From Myxococcota bacterium (GTDB taxonomy: Bacteria; Myxococcota_A; UBA9042; PHBI01; JAWLBL01): 64,000 nucleotides of DNA. Every line of letters starts with the position of its first letter. Within the stretch, counting starts at the first letter, position 1. This document shows positions 9,567 to 19,370 of the stretch, one piece after another. The stretch is from NCBI GenBank assembly GCA_041687695.1, contig JAWLBL010000020.1:64001-128000 (forward strand), written 5' to 3'. A program made the translations under genes and the position numbers. Below the pieces are notes generated by a model that was not told where the DNA came from, did no database searches, and worked only from the letters and a program-made list of their open reading frames with translations.

Positions 9567-12500
9567 TCAGGCGGCGCGGTGGCCCAGCCGCTCGATGCGG
9601 GCGGTCAGGACGCAGGGGTCGAAGCCCGTCGCCAGGGTGACGGCGTCGGCCCGCGCCCGCAGCCCCGTCTCGTCGGCCGGATCGCGCCCCAGCAGGTACT
9701 CGGCCTGCGCGACCGCCGCGAGGAGCCGGAACAGGCGCGGGGCGGGCGGGGCGGCCTCGACCAGCTCGCGGCCGAGGGCGAGGTGGCTCAGCCGATCGGT
9801 GCGGGCGGCCTGGATGGCCAGCGGCGTCAGCTGGTTGGCCTGGATGCGGTGCCGGCCCTGCTCGACCGACCCGTAGATGTGGCCGAGGCAGGCGTGGGCG
9901 AGGCCGCGGACGGCGCGTGAGCCGGCGCGCTCGGCGGCGGCGAGGCCGGCGGCGGCGGCGTTGGCGGCCTCGGCGTGGCGGCCGAGCGCCAGGACGCTGA
10001 GCGCCTGGCCCAGCAGGGCCATCGCCTCGAGGCGCTGCACACCCAGGCGCGCGAAGATGCCCGAGGTCTCGCCGAAGACGGTCGCGGCCTGCGCGGGCTG
10101 ACCCTGCAGCCAGTCGAGCCACGCGCGCCCCTGGCGGGCGCGGTGCACGTACACCCAGTGATGCGCCGACCGGGCCCGCTCCTCGACGGAGTGGAGCAGG
10201 GCCCGCGTCTGCTCGAGCCGCCCCACGTTCAACAGGGGCCGCGCGATCTGCATGCGCGCCTTCAGGGCGCCCAGCGCGTCGTCGCTCTCGATGGCGATGC
10301 GCTCGGAGTCCTGCCCGAGGCTCAGGGCCAGCGCCTCGTCGCCCCGCTGCAGCGCGATCCGCGAGCTGTCGAGCAGCAAGGCCTGCCGCTCCTTGATGCC
10401 GCCGATGCGCCGCGCGAGCACCAGCCCTTCCTCGACCTCGCGCTCGGCCCGTTCGTACACGCCGCGCTCGGTCGCGACCCGGGCCGCCAGCACGTGACAC
10501 CGCAGCCGCAGGCGCAGGTCGCCGCGCCGCTCGGCCCAAGGGGCGACCTCGCCCAGCTCGCGCGCGGCGTCGTCGAGGCGCCCGCCGTGGTAGTAGGCGT
10601 CGGCCAGCTCGATGGCGGCCTCCATCGCCATCTCCTGCGACGGGGCGATGTAGCGCGCCCGTTCGAACTGAAAGGCCGCCTCGCCCACGTCCCCGCGCTG
10701 CCGCGCCCAGCTGCCCGCCTGCATGTGGTACGAGACCGCACGCGCCGGCTCGTCCGCGGTCGCGAAGTGCCAGGCGATGGCGCCGAGCCACTCGTTGAAG
10801 CGCTCGCCCGAGTTGACGGCCAGCCAGCGGGCCGTCCGGGCGTGCAGGGCGCGCGCCTCGGCGTCGGGGACGTCGGAGTAGGCGACATCGCGGGTGACGA
10901 CGTGGTTGAAGCGATAGCCGATGTGGCCGAGCAGGGTGCTGCCGAAGCTGCGCCGGATCAGGCCCTGCGCTTCGAGCTGCTCGAGGTTGAAGGCGGCTTG
11001 CGGCTCGCCGAGATCCTCGATGAGGCCGCGCCAGAAGATGTCGCCGACCACGGAGGCCTTGCGCAGCACGGCGACGAGGCCCTCGGGCATCTGGTCGAGG
11101 CGGGCAGCGACGAGCCCCTCGAGGGTGGCGGGCAGGCCCGAGGGCAGTGAACCCGCGTGCAGCGACCACGCGCCGGTCGTGGGATCGGCCGCGAGCAGCC
11201 CGGCGTCGGTGAGCGCGCCCAGGGTCTCCTCGATGAACAGGGGCATGCCGTTCGCGTGGTCCACGATCGCGTCGGCGACCTCGCGCGGCAGCGCGTCGCG
11301 CAGGCCCAGCACCTGATCGACCAGCACACGGCCCGCCTCGTGCGACAGCGGGCCCAACGCGACCGTGAGATCCCGATCCGCGAGCGGCAACCACTCGCCG
11401 CGCTCGTCGAGCGCATCGGACGCCGTGAGGAGGAGCATCACGGGCAGCTCGGCCAGGTCGGCCGCCAGGCGCGCGACGGCCGCGAGGTGGGGCGGGATGG
11501 CGGCCCCGGCGTCCTCGAGCACGAGCAGCAGCGGCGCGCCCTGGGCCGCGGTGCGCAGCAGCTCGATGACCGAGCGGTAGCTGATCTCGCCCGCGAGCTC
11601 GGGGTCGCCGCCGGCGACCACCGGCGCGTCGCCGAGCCCCGTCAGGTGGAAGAGCCACTGCTCCTCCATCGCGTCGAGGGGGCGCTGTCCGGTGCCGTGG
11701 ATCGAGGCGATGAGCTCGCGCAGCCGGGCGCGCGCGTCCTGCAGGCTCGCCGCCGCGTCCAGGCGCGCCTGGCTGGCCACGATGCGCCCGACGATGCCGA
11801 AGGCGGCCGCGACGCCGTCGCGGGCGGGGACCTCGACCTCGACGACGCGAAGTTGGCCCCAGGAGCCGCGCAGCTGCTGGATGAGCTCCTGCACGAGGCG
11901 CGAGCGCCCCGACCCCGGCGGCCCGAGCAGGGTCGCGCGGTGCAGCGAGCGCGTCTCGATGGCTTGCTCGAGGTGGCGCCGCAGCGTCGCGATCTCCTGG
12001 TCGCGGCCGACCAGCGGGCGGAGCATGCGCGAGGTCATCAGCCGGCTGGCGGGGCGCGGTCGAGCGCCGTGCATCTCGAGGCTGTAGGCGGGCAGGCGCG
12101 CGGTGCGCGACCCGAAGACGATCGGCTCGATGGGCACGAGCGTGAAGCGATCGCCGACCGCGCGGCGCGTCGTCTCGTCCACCAGGATGGCGTCGTGGCG
12201 GGCGGCTTCGGCCAGGCGGGCCGCCGCCAGCAGCGGGACGCCGCGCACGACCAGCCCGTCGTCGCCGTCGCCGACCTGGATGAGGGCCTTGTCGCTGTCG
12301 ATGCCCATCTTGATGTGCAGCGACGCGCCGGTGGCGCGCAGGGCCTCGGCGCAGGCCTCGCGCATCACCTCGCGCGCCTGGACGGCCGCGCGCAGGGCCT
12401 GCTCGGCGGTGTCGGCCGACGCCACGCGCGCCCCGAAGACCGCGTTCATCTCGTCACGGTCCTTGCCTTCGACGAGCACGGCGCCGGCCGACCCGAACAG

Positions 12501-12752
12501 CTCGCGCAGGCGGCGCCGGATGAGCCCCAGCACCGGGTGGCTGAGCAGCTCGGGGTGGAGCTCGAGGATCTCCGTCAGCCCGGGCAGCTGGTAGGTGACG
12601 ATCGTGACGAACCGCCACTCGGCCGGCCCCTCGTGGCTCGACGGCACCGGCGTTCCGCAGACGCTGCAGAAGCGGGCGGCCGGCTCGAGGGCCGTCTGGC
12701 AGGCCGCGCAACGCGTCGTTGCCGACGTCGGGGCGATCGATGGGCTGGACAT
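9567..12752 (-). CDS. Zinc ribbon + degenerate class III cyclase + P-loop ATPase + TPR protein
   Basis: CAAC..ARFCSVCG; cyclase-like fold; LVGRDQE, GPPGSGRS, LLVLED, ANGMPLFIEE, YRFNH; helical repeats at the C-terminus. Confidence 0.8.
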   Translation of the reverse strand: MSSPSIAPTSATTRCAACQTALEPAARFCSVCGTPVPSSHEGPAEWRFVTIVTYQLPGLTEILELHPELLSHPVLGLIRRRLRELFGSAGAVLVEGKDRDEMNAVFGARVASADTAEQALRAAVQAREVMREACAEALRATGASLHIKMGIDSDKALIQVGDGDDGLVVRGVPLLAAARLAEAARHDAILVDETTRRAVGDRFTLVPIEPIVFGSRTARLPAYSLEMHGARPRPASRLMTSRMLRPLVGRDQEIATLRRHLEQAIETRSLHRATLLGPPGSGRSRLVQELIQQLRGSWGQLRVVEVEVPARDGVAAAFGIVGRIVASQARLDAAASLQDARARLRELIASIHGTGQRPLDAMEEQWLFHLTGLGDAPVVAGGDPELAGEISYRSVIELLRTAAQGAPLLLVLEDAGAAIPPHLAAVARLAADLAELPVMLLLTASDALDERGEWLPLADRDLTVALGPLSHEAGRVLVDQVLGLRDALPREVADAIVDHANGMPLFIEETLGALTDAGLLAADPTTGAWSLHAGSLPSGLPATLEGLVAARLDQMPEGLVAVLRKASVVGDIFWRGLIEDLGEPQAAFNLEQLEAQGLIRRSFGSTLLGHIGYRFNHVVTRDVAYSDVPDAEARALHARTARWLAVNSGERFNEWLGAIAWHFATADEPARAVSYHMQAGSWARQRGDVGEAAFQFERARYIAPSQEMAMEAAIELADAYYHGGRLDDAARELGEVAPWAERRGDLRLRLRCHVLAARVATERGVYERAEREVEEGLVLARRIGGIKERQALLLDSSRIALQRGDEALALSLGQDSERIAIESDDALGALKARMQIARPLLNVGRLEQTRALLHSVEERARSAHHWVYVHRARQGRAWLDWLQGQPAQAATVFGETSGIFARLGVQRLEAMALLGQALSVLALGRHAEAANAAAAGLAAAERAGSRAVRGLAHACLGHIYGSVEQGRHRIQANQLTPLAIQAARTDRLSHLALGRELVEAAPPAPRLFRLLAAVAQAEYLLGRDPADETGLRARADAVTLATGFDPCVLTARIERLGHRAA

Positions 12753-12931
12753 TCTGGCGTACTCTCGGCGCGTGGCGGGCGCCCCCCGGCAGCCGCCGCA
12801 GGGGCGCACTGTACCCGGTTCCCGCGCGGGAGCAACCGTGGGGGCGGGCCAGCGCGTCGGGGCTCCGGCCGACGGCGTTGCCCTCGCGGGGCGGGGCGGG
12901 TATGACACGGCCGAACCCAGAGGAGGCACGG

Positions 12932-14995
12932 ATGGGGCGCCTGGTCGTCGGCGTGGTCGGAGCGGGGAACATGGGGTCGGGCATCGCGCAGAAGCTCGCG
13001 ATGGAGGGGGCCGAGGTCCTCCTGTACGACGCGCACCCGGAGGCGGTCGAGCGGGGCATGGGCCGCATCGCCGCGCTGCTCGACGAGGGCGTCGAGCGCA
13101 AGGTCTTCACCCGCCCGCAGGCCGACGCCGTGCTGGGGCGGCTGCGTCCGGTCGACGCCGTGGACGCGCTCGCGGCGTGTGGGCTCGTCATCGAGGCGGT
13201 GTTCGAGGATCTCGGCGTGAAGCGGCGCGTCTTCGAGCGGCTCGACGCCGTCTGCGGTCCCGAGGTCGTCCTCGCGACCAACACCTCCAGCTTCCGGGTG
13301 ACCGATCTGCAGCCCGGGCTGCGTCACCCCGAGCGCCTCGTCGGCCTGCACTTCTTCTTCCACCCGGCCAAGAACCGGCTGGTCGAGGTCATCGCCGGCG
13401 ACCACACGCGCGCCGACGTGTTCGACCGCGCGTGGGCCGTCATGGAAGGCACCGGCAAGGATCCGATCCGCTCGGCCGACGCCCCCGGCTTCATCGTCAA
13501 CCGCTTCTTCGTGCCGTGGCTGAACGAGGCGGTCCGTCTGCACGAGGAGGGCGTCGCGGCGCCCGGCGACATCGACGCCATCGCGCGCGAGGTCTTCGGC
13601 GTGGGGATGGGCCCCTTCCAGTTGATGAACGTGACCGGCGTGCCCATCGCGTGCCACGCGGCCAACACGCTGGGTGAGGCGTTCGGGGCCTTCTACGCGC
13701 CGGCGCGAGGGCTCGAGCGGCAGGTGGCCTCGGGGGCGCATTGGGAGCTCGAGACGTCCGAGGCGGGGAGCGATCCCCTGGTGCGGGCCCGGGTCGCCGC
13801 CCGGCTGCGCGCCGCCGCCTGGATCGCGGCCGGGCAGCTGGTCGACGAGGGCGTGGGCAGCGTCCGCGACGTCGAGCTGGGCGCGCGCGTCGGGCTGCGC
13901 TGGCCGCGGGGACCGTTCACTTTGGCGGGAGAGGTCGGCCTCGACGCCGCGCTGGGCGAGATGGAGGCGCTGGCGCGCGCCTGGGACCTGCCGCTCCCGA
14001 CGGTCTTCGCGTCGCGCCGCGGCTGGGGCGGCCCCGAGCACCCGTTCGCCCTGCCGGTCGTGGTGACGGAGCGGCGCGGGGACGTGGCCATCATCAGCCT
14101 CGACCGGCCAGACAAGCTCAACGCCCTGTCGCCGCAGCTCGTGGCCGAGCTCGAGGCCGCCTGGGACGCCGTCGAGGCCGATCCCCAGGTGCGCGGGGTC
14201 GTCCTGCGGGGCACCGGCAAGGCCTTCGGCGCCGGCGCCGACGTCGAGTTCTTCGTGCGGTCGATCGAGGCCGGGCACATCGGGGCCATCACGGCCTTCA
14301 GCGGGCGCGCCGCGCGCCTGTTCAACCGCATCGACGCCTCGGACAAGCGCGTCGTCGCGTTGCTGTCGGGCCTCAGCCTGGGCGGCGGCAGCGAGCTCGC
14401 CCTGACCGCCGACCACATCGTAGCGACCCCGAAGGGCAGCCTGGGCTTCCCCGAGACGGGCCTGGGCATCTACCCGGGGCTGGGCGGCACGCAGCGCAGC
14501 ACGCGGCGCGTCGGGCGGCCGCTCGCGCGGTGGTTGGTCCTGGCCGGCAAGCCGATCGATGCGCGGACCGCGTTCGACATCGGCCTGGTCGACGTGTTCG
14601 CGCCGGCCGACCAGGCCCTGACGATCGCCCTCGAGCTGGCGCGCACGGGCCAGACCTCGGCCGATCTGCCGTCCCGCGCCGCCGCGCCGCACGCCCTATC
14701 CGCGGCCGCCGAGCGCCTGCTGGGCGACACCACGGCCGAGACGTGGCTGGTGCGCGGCGCTCGCGACCCGCAGGACGCCGAGGCGCTCGAGCTGGAGAAG
14801 CTGCTGTCGCGCAAGGCGCCCCTGGCGCTGGCCGAGGCCGCGCGCCTGGTCGCGATGGCCGACCGCGGCGGCGACGTCTCCCGGGGGCTCGAGGCCGAGC
14901 TCGAGGGCATCGAGCGCATGTTCGCGACGCGCGACGCCCACGAGGGCATGAAGGCGCTCCTCGAGCGCCGGCGGCCGGTCTTCGAGGGGCGCTGA
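12932..14995 (+). CDS. Bifunctional 3-hydroxyacyl-CoA dehydrogenase / enoyl-CoA hydratase
   Basis: GAGNMG, IEAVFE, ATNTSS, GLHFF, PGFIVNR, then RPDKLNAL, AFGAGAD, GGGSEL, PETGLGIYPG; AGGAGG RBS. Confidence 0.92.
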   Translation: MGRLVVGVVGAGNMGSGIAQKLAMEGAEVLLYDAHPEAVERGMGRIAALLDEGVERKVFTRPQADAVLGRLRPVDAVDALAACGLVIEAVFEDLGVKRRVFERLDAVCGPEVVLATNTSSFRVTDLQPGLRHPERLVGLHFFFHPAKNRLVEVIAGDHTRADVFDRAWAVMEGTGKDPIRSADAPGFIVNRFFVPWLNEAVRLHEEGVAAPGDIDAIAREVFGVGMGPFQLMNVTGVPIACHAANTLGEAFGAFYAPARGLERQVASGAHWELETSEAGSDPLVRARVAARLRAAAWIAAGQLVDEGVGSVRDVELGARVGLRWPRGPFTLAGEVGLDAALGEMEALARAWDLPLPTVFASRRGWGGPEHPFALPVVVTERRGDVAIISLDRPDKLNALSPQLVAELEAAWDAVEADPQVRGVVLRGTGKAFGAGADVEFFVRSIEAGHIGAITAFSGRAARLFNRIDASDKRVVALLSGLSLGGGSELALTADHIVATPKGSLGFPETGLGIYPGLGGTQRSTRRVGRPLARWLVLAGKPIDARTAFDIGLVDVFAPADQALTIALELARTGQTSADLPSRAAAPHALSAAAERLLGDTTAETWLVRGARDPQDAEALELEKLLSRKAPLALAEAARLVAMADRGGDVSRGLEAELEGIERMFATRDAHEGMKALLERRRPVFEGR

Positions 14996-15020
14996 GACGA
15001 TCCCGAGCGCCGCCGGGCCG

Positions 15021-16958
15021 TCACAGGCCCAGGCGGCGACACGCCGCGCGGATGAGCGCCGCGCGGCCGGGGTCGAGCGGGTGGCAGGCGAGCCCCGCCG
15101 GCCAACGCTCGCAGAAGGCGTCCACGGCGCCGCGGCACTCGGGCGACACGTCACCGAGCACCAGCCGGTCGATGGCCGCCCGGGTCGAGGCCGCGGCGGA
15201 CAGGCCGACGGTCCACGGACCCAGGTTGGTGCGTGCGGTCAGGAGGTGCGGGCCGCCCTCGAGGGCGACGAAGACGCGGAAGTCCTCGCGCAGGCGCTCC
15301 GTCAGCTGGACGGCCAGGGGACCACCGGCCTCGGCCAGCGCGAGCGGGTGCAGCATCAGGAGGGCGTTGGCCGTCCCGCGGCCGACGCGACGCGCCTCGT
15401 CCGACAGGCCCAGATCGGCCACGGTGCGGCCCGTGGCGGCGACCCGGTCCAGCGCGTCGAGCGTGGCCCGATCGGAGGCGACCTCGAGGAGGGAACCGCG
15501 GACGCGCCACGCCAGGATCTCGCGCGGCCGCGCGCCCTCCGCCGCGACCGCGGGCCGCACCAGGTGCAGGTCGTGGTCGTCCATGGCCAGGCGTCCGAAC
15601 GCCAGCTCCCCCTCGAGCATGGTGGGCAGGACGACCTCGAGCGCGCGCTCGACCGCGCGCGGCGCCTCGACCCGGGCGACCACCAGCCACCCGCCCAGGT
15701 GCGTCGCGTGCGGCAGGCTGGCCAGATCCTGGCTGGGCAGCAGCGCCAGCATGGCCTCGCCGGCGAACCCGGCGAGCACCTCGGGATCCATCCGCTGCAG
15801 CAGCTCCAACCCGCTCGCCAGCGCGCGGTTCGCGGGATCGCCCGCCACCGCGGCGTCGCCCAGCTCGGCCCGGATGCGCGAGGTCACGTCGCGCCACGCG
15901 GCCAGGCTCTGCAGCGGGTCGTCCAGCGCGACGTCCGCGACGAGCAGCGCGTCCGCTGGCGCCCGCCCCAGCAGCGCGCCGCTCTCCCCCTGCAGGAGAT
16001 CCGGCAGGCTCTGCAGCGTCCCCGACGCGCTCAGGCGGGCCGTCAGCTCGAGCTCCTCTCGGCCGGCCTCCATCGAGGCCCGCGCCGACATCGAGCGGAC
16101 GCCCTCGACCAGCAGGGCGCGCCGCCAGGCCACGTCTTCGGGGGCGGTCCCGCGTCGCCGCACGAGCGCGTCATAGGTGGAGGCCGGGTCGAAGAAGGCC
16201 CACAGGTCGCCGGGCGCGCGGACCGCGGGCGGCGCGAAGCCGTCGCGCGCGCGGATGGGCTGGCTGCGGCCGCTGACCTTGGCGTGGATGAGGTCGCTCA
16301 GCGCCGCCTCGGGGCCGAACGACAGGACCACATGCGGATCGATCGCCGACATGCGGATGGGGACGGCCGGCTCGGACCAGGGGAGCAGCTCGCCCGGGTG
16401 GCTGAGGGCGCGCATGTCGTAGCCGAGCTGTCGGTCGATGGGCTCCGTCCAGGGCGTCAGCCGCGCCAGGACCCGCCGGCGCTCCCACGCGTCCTCCACG
16501 TGCAGGAACGCCAGCACCCCCACGCCATCGGGTGTGGGCACGACGGCCAGCTGCAACGAGTCCACCGCGTCCAGGATGTGCCGCACCGTGCCCAGCGGGA
16601 TCCCGGCGATCTGGTCGGTCATGCGGCCGGCCAGGAACCCCTCGGCCTCGAGCCCAAGCTCGAGGGCCATCGGATCGCGCCATCGCTCGAGGGCCAGCGC
16701 GTCCCTCAGGGCGCCCCAGGGCCGGTCGACGCGCGCGTAGGCCTGCGCCGAGGCGGGCAGGAGCCGGGTCGGGTCGGTGCTCGCGCCCTCCCAGGTGCGG
16801 TGATAGACGACGCCCGTCACGATGCCGACCAGCAGCATCCCGATGGCCACCGTCGTCGCGACCGCGCGCATCGAGGGCCGCGCGGCGTCGGCCGGCAGGA
16901 TGACCGGGCGCCGCGGCGGGCCGAAGGGGTGGGAGTCGGTCTTGGGGCGCTCGCGCAT
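15021..16958 (-). CDS. Membrane-anchored hypothetical protein (possibly DUF3352-like)
   Basis: One N-terminal TM followed by 'RLLPA', internal 'APADALLV'; coding-like GC3 pattern in this frame from the ATG at 16958. Confidence 0.6.
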   Translation of the reverse strand: MRERPKTDSHPFGPPRRPVILPADAARPSMRAVATTVAIGMLLVGIVTGVVYHRTWEGASTDPTRLLPASAQAYARVDRPWGALRDALALERWRDPMALELGLEAEGFLAGRMTDQIAGIPLGTVRHILDAVDSLQLAVVPTPDGVGVLAFLHVEDAWERRRVLARLTPWTEPIDRQLGYDMRALSHPGELLPWSEPAVPIRMSAIDPHVVLSFGPEAALSDLIHAKVSGRSQPIRARDGFAPPAVRAPGDLWAFFDPASTYDALVRRRGTAPEDVAWRRALLVEGVRSMSARASMEAGREELELTARLSASGTLQSLPDLLQGESGALLGRAPADALLVADVALDDPLQSLAAWRDVTSRIRAELGDAAVAGDPANRALASGLELLQRMDPEVLAGFAGEAMLALLPSQDLASLPHATHLGGWLVVARVEAPRAVERALEVVLPTMLEGELAFGRLAMDDHDLHLVRPAVAAEGARPREILAWRVRGSLLEVASDRATLDALDRVAATGRTVADLGLSDEARRVGRGTANALLMLHPLALAEAGGPLAVQLTERLREDFRVFVALEGGPHLLTARTNLGPWTVGLSAAASTRAAIDRLVLGDVSPECRGAVDAFCERWPAGLACHPLDPGRAALIRAACRRLGL

Positions 16959-16972
16959 CGCCGGGCCGGGGG

Positions 16973-18307
16973 TCAACCGCCCGCGGCGAAGCGCAGCGGA
17001 CGGCCACGCACGTCGTCGTCGACGACGCGCCCAGCGGCGGCCACCTGTCGCCCGGCGACGAAGACGGCGTGCGGGGGCGCGGCCAGGAGCTCGCCTTCGA
17101 AGGGGCTCCAGCCGCACTGGCTGAGGACCTCGGCGCGCTGGTAGGGCGCCGAGGGCGCGTCGGACACGACCACCAGATCGGCGTCGGCGCCCACCGCGAT
17201 CTCTCCCTTGCCGACGATCCCGAACCGGCGGGCCGCGCGGGTCGCCATCAGCTCGGCGATGGCGCGCAGCCCCAGGCCTCGGCGGCGCCCCTCGTGCAGC
17301 ATGTAGCGCATCGACGTCTCGACCCCCGGGACGCCCGCCGGCGCCGTGGGGTAGGGCTGCTCCTTCTCCTCGGGCAGGTGCGGCGCGTGATCGGTCGCGA
17401 CGAAGTCGACGCGCCCGGCGGCCACGGCCTCCCAAAGGGCCTCGCGGTCCTCGGGCGCGCGCAGCGACGGGTTCATCTTGGCGTAGTTGCCGTGGGTGGC
17501 CAGGCGCGAGGCGTCGAAGGCCAGGTGGTGCGGGCAGGCCTCGGACGAGACGCGGTGGCCGGCGTAGACGGGATCGCCGGTGAGCAGGGCCAGCTCGGCG
17601 CGCGTAGACAGGTGGCACACGTGCGCCGGGTGATCGTAGGCGCTCGACAGCTCGAGCAGGCGGCGCACGGCGACGACGGCGGCCTCGGGCGGGCGCGCGA
17701 GCGGGTGGACGCGCGGATCGTCGACGCCCGCGTACGGGGCGCCGGCGGCCAGCAGGACGCGGTTGTCCTCGGCGTGGGCGACGATGATGCGGCGCGTGTG
17801 CTGGAACAGGGCCTCGAGGGCGCCGGGGGCGTCGACCAGCAGCGGCCCCGTCGAGGCGCCCATGAAGACCTTGGTGCCGCACCAGGGCAGGTCGGAGTCC
17901 TCGAGGCGGCGGATGGCGTCGAGGTTGTCGTTGGTGGCGCCCATGAACAAGCCGTAGTGGCAGCGCGACTCGCCCGCGGCCAGGGCGAGCTTTTCGCGCA
18001 GGCGCTCGGCGTCGGTCGTGGGCGGCTGCGTGTTGGGCATGTCGACGACGCTCGTGATGCCGCCGACGACGGCCGAGCGGGTCGCCGTGCGCCACGTCTC
18101 CTTGTGGGTGTGGCCGGGCGTGCGGAAGTGGACGTGCGTGTCGACGCCACCGGGGAGCACGGCGCGTCCGCCGAGATCGATGACCTCGCGCGCCGTCCCG
18201 TCGACGTCCCCCAGGGCGACGATGACGCCGCCCTCGACGGCGAGGTCGCCGCGGACGTCACCTTGGGAGGCGATGAACAGGCCGTCGCGAAGGATGAGGT
18301 CGTACAT
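16973..18307 (-). CDS. pyrC: Dihydroorotase (type I, metal-dependent amidohydrolase)
   Basis: DTHVHFRTPG, DMPNT, KVFMG, HAED, HVCHLS, KMNPSLR, ATDHAP. Confidence 0.8.
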   Translation of the reverse strand: MYDLILRDGLFIASQGDVRGDLAVEGGVIVALGDVDGTAREVIDLGGRAVLPGGVDTHVHFRTPGHTHKETWRTATRSAVVGGITSVVDMPNTQPPTTDAERLREKLALAAGESRCHYGLFMGATNDNLDAIRRLEDSDLPWCGTKVFMGASTGPLLVDAPGALEALFQHTRRIIVAHAEDNRVLLAAGAPYAGVDDPRVHPLARPPEAAVVAVRRLLELSSAYDHPAHVCHLSTRAELALLTGDPVYAGHRVSSEACPHHLAFDASRLATHGNYAKMNPSLRAPEDREALWEAVAAGRVDFVATDHAPHLPEEKEQPYPTAPAGVPGVETSMRYMLHEGRRRGLGLRAIAELMATRAARRFGIVGKGEIAVGADADLVVVSDAPSAPYQRAEVLSQCGWSPFEGELLAAPPHAVFVAGRQVAAAGRVVDDDVRGRPLRFAAGG

Positions 18308-18386
18308 GGGCCGGAGGCTAACACCAGCCGGAGCGCGACGCACGCGGCGTCCGCAGGCCCCGCAGCCGCGTCGGCGGCTCGAGGCC

Positions 18387-19370
18387 TCAGAGCCAGCCGG
18401 CCTGCCGGTACCAGTCGGCCGTGACCTTGGCCCCCTGGTGGAAGTCGGTGGTGGGCGCCCAGCCCAGGGCGTCGCGGATGGCGTCGGAGCTGACGAGCCA
18501 GTTGTCCTGGCGCATCTCGGCGACCTTGTCCGGCGTCAGCATGACGGCCTTGCGCGCGACGCGGCCGTAGGTCGCCGAAGCCCGCGACGCGGCCTCGAAC
18601 ACCCAGACGGGCAGGCGCACGGCGCGCGGCTTGACGCCCAGGGCGGCGCCGATCTCGCGGCCCAGCTCGGGCCAGGTCCAGGCGTGGCCGTCCTCGACGA
18701 AGAACAGGCTGCCGCTGTCGTGCGGGCGGGTCAGGGCCTGCTCGAACGCCCGGCACAGGTCGTCGATGTAGACGACCGACAGCCGCGAGCGCCCGGAGCC
18801 GGGGACCGGCAGCACGCGCCGCTTGACCATCTGGAAGAAGCGCAGGACCTCTCGGTCGCGCGGCCCGTAGACGACCGGCGGCCGGATGATGGTCACGGGC
18901 AGGTCGCCCGACAGCGCCTGCAGGCGCTGCTCGCCGATGAGCTTGCTGCGGCCGTAGACGCTGACGGGGTGGGGCTCGTCGCGCTCGCTGATGGGCGCGA
19001 AGTCGGGGGCGCCGGGCCCGGCCGCGGCGATGGACGACGTGTACACGAAGCGCTGGAGCTGCGGGTTGGCCCTCAGCGCGGCCTCGGCCAGGCGCCCGGT
19101 GCCGGCGCCGTTGACGTCGATCATCTCGGCTTCGCTGCGCGCCTTGATGAGCCCCGCGATGTGCAGGACCGCGTCGCAGCCTCGGATGCCCTCCTCGAGG
19201 CGGTCGGCGTCGGCCATCGTGCCCTCGAAGGTCTCGACGCCCAGCGCGTCCAGGGCCGACGTGTCGCTGGTCTTGCGGACCAGGGCACGCACCTCGTGGC
19301 CCGCGGCCCGCAGGTGCTTGACGGCGTGCGTGCCGACGAACCCCGTCCCGCCGGTGACGAAGACGCGCAT
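18387..19370 (-). CDS. NAD-dependent epimerase/dehydratase-family SDR (candidate ceramide reductase)
   Basis: TGGTGFVG, SS, YGRSK, RPPVVYGP; 1-nt overlap (TGATG) with the upstream GNAT gene. Confidence 0.85.
   Translation of the reverse strand: MRVFVTGGTGFVGTHAVKHLRAAGHEVRALVRKTSDTSALDALGVETFEGTMADADRLEEGIRGCDAVLHIAGLIKARSEAEMIDVNGAGTGRLAEAALRANPQLQRFVYTSSIAAAGPGAPDFAPISERDEPHPVSVYGRSKLIGEQRLQALSGDLPVTIIRPPVVYGPRDREVLRFFQMVKRRVLPVPGSGRSRLSVVYIDDLCRAFEQALTRPHDSGSLFFVEDGHAWTWPELGREIGAALGVKPRAVRLPVWVFEAASRASATYGRVARKAVMLTPDKVAEMRQDNWLVSSDAIRDALGWAPTTDFHQGAKVTADWYRQAGWL

Noticed and set aside
15021..18095. Long upstream extensions in the ORF track (15021-18095, 36020-39148, 23416-25959, 6531-8240, 7583-9556)
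   Set aside because: Extensions overlap other real genes out of frame or antisense and are Arg/Pro/Gly-rich noise; starts were trimmed
16973..18307. Amidohydrolase as a ceramidase within the putative ceramide operon
   Set aside because: Keeps dihydroorotase-type motifs (HxHxR, DMPN, KMNP.LR, TDHAP); pyrC is the simpler call
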